A stretch of DNA of 64,000 bases from Acidimicrobiaceae bacterium (lineage in GTDB: Bacteria > Actinomycetota > Acidimicrobiia > Acidimicrobiales > Aldehydirespiratoraceae). The notes under the pieces are model-generated. The model was not told where the DNA came from. It made no database searches and worked only from the letters and a program-made list of their open reading frames with translations. Location: positions 2,720 through 66,719 of the forward strand of contig JAPOYA010000005.1 in assembly GCA_026706815.1 (NCBI GenBank), given 5' to 3'. Positions 55,801 through 62,958 of the stretch are shown here, piece after piece. Each line of letters opens with the position of its first letter. The stretch's first letter is position 1. Both the position numbers and the translations under genes were made by a program.

Positions 55801-56294
55801 GCGTTGGTGGCGATGGCCGCGACGAGTTCGCCCAGTTCCGCAAGAAGGCGCAGAACTTCCTGAAGGAGAACCTTGCCGATGACATCGTGGCCAAGGTCCG
55901 CAGCGGCGAGCCGTTGACTGCGGCTGACATGGACGACCTGCAGCGAGTGCTGGTTGCCGCCGGCATCGGTGACGACGAGACCTTTGCCGAGGCATCACAG
56001 TGGGCCGGCAGCTTCGGGTTGTTCATCCGCTCGTTGGTGGGACTCAACCGGGCCGCCGCTAAGCGCGCTTTCGCCAAGTTCCTCGACGACAAGCAATACA
56101 ACGTCAACCAGATCCGCTTCGTCGAAATGGTGATCGACTACCTGACCGAGCACGGCACCATCGAGAGCGGGCGCGTCTACGAGTCACCCTTCACGTCCGT
56201 TGCGCCCCAAGGTCCCGAAGCTCTGTTCGCCGAGCCCGACCAAGCCGACTTCTTCCAAATCATCCAACACCTCCAAAGCACCGCCACGGCCTGA
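52827..56294 (+). CDS. hsdR: type I R-M restriction subunit HsdR (DUF4145-type N-terminus, SF2 helicase)
   Basis: The track ORF is 52527..56294. The start was trimmed to the GTG at 52827, overlapping the hsdS stop (GTGA). It has an HSDR_N-like nuclease region ([22 protein letters not shown]), Walker A [9 protein letters not shown] and the DEAH box VIDEAHRS. A Gly-rich insert ([23 protein letters not shown]) lies near the C-terminus. Confidence 0.85.
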   Translation: [1155 protein letters not shown]

Positions 56295-56392
56295 CAGGTA
56301 CGTGCTTGCATCGCGACAGCAAATTGCGGCATGGCTCTTGTAGGGGCAGAATTGCCAGGAAAGTATCGGTATGCCCTTGGCGGAAAAGGATC

Positions 56393-57094
56393 ATGAGCGG
56401 AGTGTCAGCACGAAGCACAGAGTCGGTTCCGAACTGTCCGAGATGCGAGCGTCCAATGGTTCTGCGCACCGCGCGGAAGGGAGCGAACGCGGGCAACCAG
56501 TTCTGGGGATGCACTGAATTCCCTCGGTGCCGCGGCACGTTGCAGATCAAGTCACCGGTGGACGCAGCAGGCGACATGGAGCGACCCGCGCCGCCCGAAG
56601 AATTCCAAACCAGCGTCGAAGAAGAATCAATCTTAGAAGCTGACGACAAGCCTCAGGGGTTCTTTGCGAAGGTCGCAAAGACTGTCGATAAGGTCCAGCG
56701 CCGGTACCTGGAATCTGACGAACCTGACGCTGCTGGCCGCTGGAACGATGACCATCGGCTCAGCATGCTCAAGTACGTTTACAGGCGCGACGGCGGACGA
56801 TGCGGTTTGTGCGGTGCGGAAATGAAGCTCAAGGGCGCTCAGATTGACCACATCGTTCCGAAGGTGTTCGCCTTCTTTGACGTCAACGATCGCGGCAAGG
56901 CCGAACCGGGGGCGTACTACAAAAGCCGTCTGCACAAGATCGACAACCTCCAAGCAGCGCACACCTATTGCAACAAGCGCAAGGCCAACAAGCCCGAAAT
57001 CACCAAGTGGCGACATGAGACGATGCCACCGCTGACCGTTGCTGACACCGAAGACAGTAGAGGCTTAGTGCTTCCTAGGAATCCAGCAGCGTGA
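56393..57094 (+). CDS. HNH endonuclease with an N-terminal topoisomerase-type C4 zinc ribbon
   Basis: The track ORF is 56306..57094. The ATG at 56393 follows AAAGGA. Zinc ribbon CPRCERPMVLRTARKGANAGNQFWGCTEFPRCRG; HNH motif CGLCG...IDHIVPK...NLQAAHTYCNKRK. Confidence 0.75.
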   Translation: MSGVSARSTESVPNCPRCERPMVLRTARKGANAGNQFWGCTEFPRCRGTLQIKSPVDAAGDMERPAPPEEFQTSVEEESILEADDKPQGFFAKVAKTVDKVQRRYLESDEPDAAGRWNDDHRLSMLKYVYRRDGGRCGLCGAEMKLKGAQIDHIVPKVFAFFDVNDRGKAEPGAYYKSRLHKIDNLQAAHTYCNKRKANKPEITKWRHETMPPLTVADTEDSRGLVLPRNPAA

Positions 57095-57552
57095 GCAATC
57101 CCGGCGCAACTCACGCGGCGCTTGACCAGAACCGGATGATCGTTCTTTCTCTCAAGCCGAAGTTCGCGGACGCGATTCTCGCTGGTGCCAAGACGGTTGA
57201 GCTGAGGCGATCGGAGCCGAAGATCGTTGTGCCGACGCGGGCGCTGGTCTATGCGACGTCGCCGGTCCGGGCGCTCGTCGGAACGTGCATTGTGACGAGT
57301 GTCGAATCCGAACAGCTGGCAACCCTGTGGCGGGAATACGGCCCGCGAACTGGGGTCAACCATCAGGAGTTCTTGGATTACTTCGAAGGAGTCGAGAAGG
57401 GCACTGCCTTGACGCTCGAAGATCCAGCTTCGCTCCTCCAACCGATTCCGCTCACGCGCCTGCGTGAGACATCGCAGGGGTTCAGACCCCCGCAGAGCTT
57501 CGCCTACGTCGACACCCAGACCGGCGCCGAACTCCTGCGACTAGCGGCGTAG
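57091..57552 (+). CDS. ASCH (PUA-like) domain protein
   Basis: 153-aa ORF whose GTG overlaps the HNH stop (GTGA), with an alternative ATG at 57136. MIVLSLKPKFADAILAGAKTVELRR is the typical ASCH N-terminal strand pattern. Confidence 0.65.
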   Translation: MSNPGATHAALDQNRMIVLSLKPKFADAILAGAKTVELRRSEPKIVVPTRALVYATSPVRALVGTCIVTSVESEQLATLWREYGPRTGVNHQEFLDYFEGVEKGTALTLEDPASLLQPIPLTRLRETSQGFRPPQSFAYVDTQTGAELLRLAA

Positions 57553-57696
57553 CGTCGAACCGAGGAAAAGACAGACATCGGAACTGCGTTTCGCTCGGTA
57601 GCTTCGAGATGCATGAGCGGACTTGAGGACGCGCGATCGCTGCCTACGCCTAGCGTTTGGTATCGCAGCCGGTAGCTTGGCGACAGGAGGCGCGAG

Positions 57697-57895
57697 GTGA
57701 ACAGACACTTGACAGCAATTGTCGAATGCGAGGGCGAGGGCTATGTCGCATCGTGCCCAGAGTTCGACATCGCCAGCCCGAGAGAACCTTGCAGAAGCTC
57801 TAACGCTTTTCTTCGAGAGCGCGTCTGCTGACGAGGTCGAACGGCGGCTGCGTGGTGAGGTCTATGTGACTCAGATCGAGGTTGCGGTTGGCTAG
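57697..57895 (+). pseudogene. hicB: HicB-type antitoxin, frameshifted; followed by the first ~10 codons of a HicA toxin
   Basis: Own translation: VNRHLTAIVECEGEGYVASCPEFDIAS, then frame loss. A second frame gives ENLAEALTLFFESASADEVERRLRGEVYVTQIEVAVG-stop. Downstream, LRVLSGREV (a HicA-like N-terminus) is cut off at the doc 3' end. Confidence 0.55.
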
Positions 57896-57921
57896 TTTGC
57901 GAGTCCTCTCTGGGCGAGAGG

Positions 57922-58317
57922 TCACGAGACTCTTCCCTCTACCCATGCGGCAAAGACATCCTCATTGACCGCGCCGGCGGCCGCGGCGAGCATCATCTCG
58001 ACCGTCTCATCGCCCTCGGGGTCGTTGGCTGGCTCGTTCCAATCCGCCCCGTTTCGCTCTGCCATCTCAACCATCGCTAGGAAAGCGACACGCTTGTTCC
58101 CGTCGGGGAATGGGTGATTGCGGACGAGCCGATACCCGAGCACAGCGATCTTGCGCTGGAGCCCCGGATAGAACTCAATACCGCCGAACGTTGCGCTGGG
58201 GGCGTGTACCGCAGAGTCTGCTGAATTGATGCGGCTGGCGCGCATGAGCACCTCGGGTTCGACGCGTAGGACTGCCGAGGCGATCACCAACACGTCGTCG
58301 AGTCCGAGGTAGTTCAT
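57922..58317 (-). CDS. doc: Fic/Doc-family toxin (death-on-curing type)
   Basis: 131-aa ORF with the HPFPDGNKR motif. It follows an RHH antitoxin gene after 5 nt. Confidence 0.85.
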   Translation of the reverse strand: MNYLGLDDVLVIASAVLRVEPEVLMRASRINSADSAVHAPSATFGGIEFYPGLQRKIAVLGYRLVRNHPFPDGNKRVAFLAMVEMAERNGADWNEPANDPEGDETVEMMLAAAAGAVNEDVFAAWVEGRVS

Positions 58318-58322
58318 GGGTC

Positions 58323-58541
58323 TCAGGTGGCTAGCCGGTCCAAGATGCGTCTGTGGCGCTCCATCGAGGCGGCGAGCCGCTGTTGGAAGGCTTCGTCGGC
58401 CCGGCGGTTCTCGATGTGGCTCTCAATGGCATCACGAACCGCCTCCGACATGCTGACGCCGTCAACGTCAGCGACGAGTTCTAGGGCATCGGCCTGTTCG
58501 GTCGGCAGTCTCAGGGTCATGGCCTTCTGGGTGTCGGGCAT
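58323..58541 (-). CDS. ribbon-helix-helix (CopG/Phd-like) antitoxin
   Basis: 72-aa ORF with the RHH N-terminus MTLRLPTEQADALELVADVDGVSMSEAVRDAI. Confidence 0.75.
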   Translation of the reverse strand: MPDTQKAMTLRLPTEQADALELVADVDGVSMSEAVRDAIESHIENRRADEAFQQRLAASMERHRRILDRLAT

Positions 58542-58743
58542 GGTGGTCTCCTGTATTCGGTTGGGAACCTTACCTTACAACCTTGGTAGTAAATTATCTC
58601 GCTACCGTGGTATCTTTCATACAGGTCGAGACTGATCACGCAAAGACGCGCAGTGGCGCAACGTGATGGGGGAGTTGAAGGCGGGTAGGTCGCGCTCACG
58701 ACATTGGCATTGGAGGTGGTCTCGAACTTCTGACTCGCGACGG

Positions 58744-59157
58744 TTAGGAATCCTGGTTTGTTGAAGAGTTCGACCCAAGGAGTGCGTCTATCTCATCCGT
58801 CTCGCTCACTGCCAGCACGGCCCTCGCGAATTCGTGGTCGATCAAGTCCAGCACCAGCAAGGGCAGTTCTGGTCCGCTGCGAGCCGTGGCCCAGAACTGT
58901 GGGCCGACCACGCCTCGGCCGAGTTGGGTCCCGACTCGACGCCTCCCCGGATATCGCTCACCGGCGTGGGTTCCGAATCCGAGTTGGCGGTGGTCGATGC
59001 GGGACTCAAGTTCATGTCGCTGGACAACCGCGGCCCTTGCGACGTCGGCTCGGTCAATCTCGACTATGCGCCGTCCGTTGAATACACAGTCCATTCCAGA
59101 GAGCACAACTCGAAGAGTGCTCCCCGTCCACTCAAACCTGAACGCCACAGAAGCCAT
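58744..59157 (-). CDS. hypothetical protein
   Basis: The track ORF is 58744..59235. The likely start is the ATG at 59157 (MASVAFRFEWTGSTLRVVLSG). No family was recognised. Confidence 0.35.
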   Translation of the reverse strand: MASVAFRFEWTGSTLRVVLSGMDCVFNGRRIVEIDRADVARAAVVQRHELESRIDHRQLGFGTHAGERYPGRRRVGTQLGRGVVGPQFWATARSGPELPLLVLDLIDHEFARAVLAVSETDEIDALLGSNSSTNQDS

Positions 59158-59258
59158 GGTAGGCCACAGCCGACGTATCGAAGGACAACTTCTCAGCCTA
59201 TTGTGCCGGTTCCACACCAAGGAGTTGAGATCCAAACCATGGACCCGATTGCGTTGGT

Positions 59259-59723
59259 CTAGTCGACACGGGCAATCTTTGGCCGGCTCTCAGTTCGTGG
59301 TCGTAGAGCGCCGTGGATTGTCGGATCGCCCTCGTTCTTGAGGAGATGCTGAGTGATCGAGCAGATCTTCCATCCAACAGGACGCCGTACCAAGCCGAAC
59401 TCGTAGGTACCCCACGAGTGAAAATGGCGATCTCCGTTGCGCTCGAATCTGTCGATCCGATAGTCGCACGTGGCCCTCGCGTGATCGTCGGACTCGAACG
59501 AGACAGCGAGGTTGCTATGGGTGTGCTGCATCACCAGATCGCCCAGCGCCTGCTTCCGCGCGGTCACGTATTCGCCAGCTAGGACACGAGATGGATCCGT
59601 GCCGCGAAACGACGAGTAGTCGATGAAGACTTCGTCATCCAGGCACTCACGCAGCGCCATCCAATCGTGTTGGTCGAACGCCTGCTCAAAGCGACAGATC
59701 AACTCCGAAATGTGCTGATCCAC
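59259..59723 (-). CDS. SnoaL-like / NTF2-fold protein
   Basis: 154-aa ORF. The segment ELICRFEQAFDQHDWMALRECLDDEVFIDYSS...W is the typical SnoaL_4-like pattern. Confidence 0.65.
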   Translation of the reverse strand: MDQHISELICRFEQAFDQHDWMALRECLDDEVFIDYSSFRGTDPSRVLAGEYVTARKQALGDLVMQHTHSNLAVSFESDDHARATCDYRIDRFERNGDRHFHSWGTYEFGLVRRPVGWKICSITQHLLKNEGDPTIHGALRPRTESRPKIARVD

Positions 59724-59840
59724 GAGGAACTCCTCACAAGAACCGATGCGTCACGTAGGCCTGATCCACCTCATATGTGTATCGCCAGTCGCGGTTATCC
59801 GCATTTGCGTGGACTGGAACCTTGCTGTAGCCAAGCCCCT

Positions 59841-60779
59841 ATGAATGTGGGGCCGTTGCGGTTTTTTCATGTCAATGTGAACTGCTCCGACTTGGAACGG
59901 TCGCTGGAGTTCTATCGCGACCGCATAGGGCTGAGGCCGACCGTCCGCACCCGTCCAGAACACCCCAGCCGGGATCGGTCTTCGGGCTCAAGGAGGTGCA
60001 GTGGGACGCATGGATGTTGGCCGGCGATGACGCTGCCGGGGGAACATTGCTTTGATCTGTTGGAATGGAAGTTCCCGGTTGGGGAGGGGTCGCCGCCCGA
60101 GACTGTGTTCGAGTTGGGCTTCAGCCGGCTGTGCATCACGAGCGACGACCTGGCTGGTTTGCATCAACAACTGACCGAGACCGGGCACGACGTCTGGTCG
60201 CCACCGGTACGGCCGGGCAACGAAGCCGAAGACCTGACCGGCCGCGAGTACTTCCTGTGCTCCGACCCCGACGGCACATCGCTGCAGTTCGTCCGTGGCG
60301 ACAGCACCCGCCTGGCGGGCGTCAACGTGAACTGCTCCGACTTGGAACGTTCACGCCACTTCTACTGCGACGTGCTCGGACTGGAAGCCCAGCATCGCTT
60401 TACCTCTGCTGACCCTCAACCGGTTGAAGGATTCGGCGCAGAAGACATGCTGAGCTGGGACGCTTGGCGCATCGGTGGTTCCGACGGCGACTCCGGCCAG
60501 TTCACCCTCGATCTGGTGGAGTGGAAATCACCGAAAGCCGGCCGCTCGGCTCAACGGCGAGCCAACGAACTGGGGATCTTCCGCATGGCCCTGCTCACCG
60601 ATGACATCGACCGGGACTACGCCGCGCTCCTCAACGCAGAGATCACATGCTTCCCCCCGCCTGTGGCGCTGGAGATGGGACCCGGACTTCCCTCAGATCT
60701 GCGGGCCCTGTTCTTTCTCGATCCCGACGGCACCTGTGTCGAACTGATCGAGAGTCCACGGACGGACCAATCGACCTAG
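59841..60779 (+). CDS. two-domain VOC (glyoxalase/dioxygenase) family protein; domain 1 carries a frame-scrambled ~30-codon stretch
   Basis: The track ORF is 59667..60779, with an ATG at 59841. The duplicated module is VNVNCSDLERS..FY.D..GL...DL(L/V)EWK.P. See the finding on compensating frameshifts. Confidence 0.7.
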   Translation: MNVGPLRFFHVNVNCSDLERSLEFYRDRIGLRPTVRTRPEHPSRDRSSGSRRCSGTHGCWPAMTLPGEHCFDLLEWKFPVGEGSPPETVFELGFSRLCITSDDLAGLHQQLTETGHDVWSPPVRPGNEAEDLTGREYFLCSDPDGTSLQFVRGDSTRLAGVNVNCSDLERSRHFYCDVLGLEAQHRFTSADPQPVEGFGAEDMLSWDAWRIGGSDGDSGQFTLDLVEWKSPKAGRSAQRRANELGIFRMALLTDDIDRDYAALLNAEITCFPPPVALEMGPGLPSDLRALFFLDPDGTCVELIESPRTDQST

Positions 60780-60845
60780 GCTGAGGGGACCGCACCCGGG
60801 GTTGCCAGCCGGATCGGTCGGCCAGCTGATCGGCCCGGGAGAGAG

Positions 60846-61000
60846 TCAACTCCGCGCAGTGATGACCACCAGATCGGTTGGGGGTTGGTATTCGGCGTCT
60901 GGGAGCACCGTGACCGATCGGCGGCGGCCCACGACTTGGGCGAGCAGGCGCGTCCCGTCGGGCTCAACCGCTATTCCTCTGGCTCGAAGGGGCGTCTGAT
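60846..61000 (-). pseudogene. displaced 3' fragment (~50 codons) of a cobW-like GTPase gene
   Basis: The C-terminus of track ORF 60846..61460 reads PLRARGIAVEPDGTRLLAQVVGRRRSVTVLPDAEYQPPTDLVVITARS-stop. The intact gene reads TLRAKGIAATPDGARLLAQVVGRRRSVTVLPDAESQPATDLVVIT. Confidence 0.65.
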
Positions 61001-61099
61001 CGTGGCCGGCGGTTTGGAGCAGGTGCTGCGGTTGGCCGTTCGAACGGTCGACATCGCGGGCCTGAAACCGGCCATGTCTGCTCGGGTCTACAACGACTG

Positions 61100-61723
61100 C
61101 TAAGCAGGATTTGGGGTTGGTAGCCATCCTTGTGGTGCCCGCAGCACAACACCCTCGGGTGTGATTACTGGATCTGGGAGACGGTTCGACCGGATAGCGG
61201 CACGCGAGACCTGGAACGCAGCGTGTGCCGACTGGGCGAGGTCCGCAGACCAGCGCTTTGGAGGAGAGGCCACGATTACGCGCTTGCGACGGAAGCGCTG
61301 CCGGACAGCCTCGACGCTTGGCACAAGGTCGCTGTCGCCGGAGATGACCATTGCCATGTCGAAGCGGTCCTCGTAGGCATCGGAGAGGAGCCGAACCGCG
61401 ATGTTCACGTCTGTCCGCTTCTCCTCGTTCTTGGTCCACTGCGTGTTGCACGTGCGGCAAGTCACCTGCTTGGACATGAACAGCCCGAAGTCAATCTCGA
61501 TACCTCCCCTGGTACGGAGAGCGTCAATGAAGATTGCCTGACGTTTTGCTGCGGCCGGGTCGTTGCGAACGCTGGTGGTGAAGTAGCGGACTAGGTCGAG
61601 GCGTTGGCCGGGCTTGAGGAGTGATGAGCAGACACCGTGAAGGTCAAGCCAGCGGGAGGTTCGAAGGCGCGCGTCAAGGAGGCCGTAGTAGAGGTTGTAC
61701 CCGTCGATGTAGGCGATGACTCG
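61100..61723 (-). CDS. NYN (LabA/DUF88-like) domain protein with an inserted CxxC zinc-ribbon-like segment; start codon unresolved
   Basis: Track ORF 61100..61477 plus my in-frame upstream translation (RVIAYIDGYNLYYGLLDARLRTSRWLDLHGVCSSLLKPGQRLDLVRYFTTSVRNDPAAAKRQAIFIDALRTRGGIEIDFGLF). There is no in-frame ATG, GTG or TTG upstream of 61477. Confidence 0.7.
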   Translation of the reverse strand, partial: RVIAYIDGYNLYYGLLDARLRTSRWLDLHGVCSSLLKPGQRLDLVRYFTTSVRNDPAAAKRQAIFIDALRTRGGIEIDFGLFMSKQVTCRTCNTQWTKNEEKRTDVNIAVRLLSDAYEDRFDMAMVISGDSDLVPSVEAVRQRFRRKRVIVASPPKRWSADLAQSAHAAFQVSRAAIRSNRLPDPVITPEGVVLRAPQGWLPTPNPA

Positions 61724-61788
61724 TTCCCTTGACCCGATCCGACGACGATACCTGTCCTTCTGTCGCAGGGTGCTGATATCTTTAAGTA

Positions 61789-61849
61789 CAACCCCCCCAG
61801 GGTGAGTAACCCTGGGCCGACGGCCCCGGCTTAGGTCGGGGCTGTCTCG
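61789..61849 (+). repeat. ~60-nt double-hairpin element, copy 3 of 3
   Basis: CAACCCCCCCAGGGTGAGTAACCCTGGGCCGACGGCCCCGGCTTAGGTCGGGGCTGTCTCG. Confidence 0.8.
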
Positions 61850-62037
61850 TTTTGTACGCGCGCCGCCGGATCATGACCGCAAGGATCTGTAATGCAATGG
61901 GTTGCATTGACCGCGAAAGCGAGAAAGTCCCTGATCCGGCCCCTTGGATTTGGCTTGATCGGGAGCGTACTTGCTGGTGAGTCGGCGGGGTCGCCGGGCG
62001 GTGGCTCAGCGATGGAATTCGTACTCAACAGGGCGAA

Positions 62038-62940
62038 TCAGGTACCGGCTACACCCCGGTCGTTCGCCGCTGCGTCTTGACGCCAAGGCGCAGACTCGTC
62101 GTCCAGAGTGTCGAACATGAGCGTGGCCACTAGGAGAGCTGCCCCGGCAGCCAACCGTCCATGTCGACTCGTTAGGTGTACCGGAGGCTCGGCTCTGCCG
62201 TGCCCCGTGCCTCGCTCACCCCGAAGCTCGTTCATCTCCAAGGCGATTTGGACAACGCCGCCGAGGATCTTGCGAACGGGATCCATCACATCTTCTCGTT
62301 GTTCACGTGCGCTCTTCGGGTGCAACATCAGCACCTGCAGCGCCCGTGTGACAAGCGCCGGATACTTGGCCGGGGGCGTTTCGCCGACACGATTCAGAAC
62401 GATCTTGGATGTTGACTCTAGGAGTTCCTTGCTTGAGCCCAGCAACAAGGCCGAGTCGCCATCGCCGAGTGCTAGGCGCAGCCTTCGGACGTGATCACGA
62501 ACTACTGCCTCGTCTGGAAGTGTCGAGGCATCGACGAGTGATCCAAGATCCGGCGCGGTCTTGCCGTCCTCGAGCAGCGTAAGTCCGTAGGGCTCAAGTG
62601 ATTCTGCAAGCTGTCCAACTACAGCTTCGTTCGCGGCATAGGGGGTCGATCTATCAAAGACTCGGTCACGTCGAAGCAGCCCAAGAAGTTCTTCCACAAG
62701 TGGTATCAAGTCTTGGCGTTCGACCAGCTTTATGGCTTTGCTAACTCGGTCGCGTTTGCTGCCGATTTCTACAACGACCCCGAAGGTGTTCAAAACGTCA
62801 CTGACTTCACCGTGGGTTGGCCCGGCGCCGCCCGCCCAGAAGTCGGCGACGGCGCGTGCGAGGCGTGCGCGCTGACGCTCTTCGGCAGAGGGGGGCATAG
62901 GTGAAGCGTAGAGCACGATCCCGACATTGAACGTAGACAC
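62038..62940 (-). CDS. abortive-infection family protein (Abi_C-type C-terminal domain)
   Basis: 300-aa ORF. The segment LLLGSSKELLESTSKIVLNRVG...IALEMNELRGERGTGHGR...RHGRLAAGAALLVATLMFDTL matches my recollection of the Abi_C (PF14355) pattern. Confidence 0.7.
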   Translation of the reverse strand: MSTFNVGIVLYASPMPPSAEERQRARLARAVADFWAGGAGPTHGEVSDVLNTFGVVVEIGSKRDRVSKAIKLVERQDLIPLVEELLGLLRRDRVFDRSTPYAANEAVVGQLAESLEPYGLTLLEDGKTAPDLGSLVDASTLPDEAVVRDHVRRLRLALGDGDSALLLGSSKELLESTSKIVLNRVGETPPAKYPALVTRALQVLMLHPKSAREQREDVMDPVRKILGGVVQIALEMNELRGERGTGHGRAEPPVHLTSRHGRLAAGAALLVATLMFDTLDDESAPWRQDAAANDRGVAGT

Positions 62941-62958
62941 CCTGGCTGGGATTGAGCG

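Noticed and set aside
55740-55815. Gly-rich low-complexity insert in HsdR ([23 protein letters not shown]) as a separate element.
   Set aside because: It is in frame, has no repeat-unit structure at the DNA level beyond GGY codon bias, and is most simply a disordered linker.
60846-61460. 204-aa minus-strand ORF treated as a gene.
   Set aside because: Only its last ~50 codons are meaningful (the cobW 3' fragment). The rest is an out-of-frame read through the NYN gene region.
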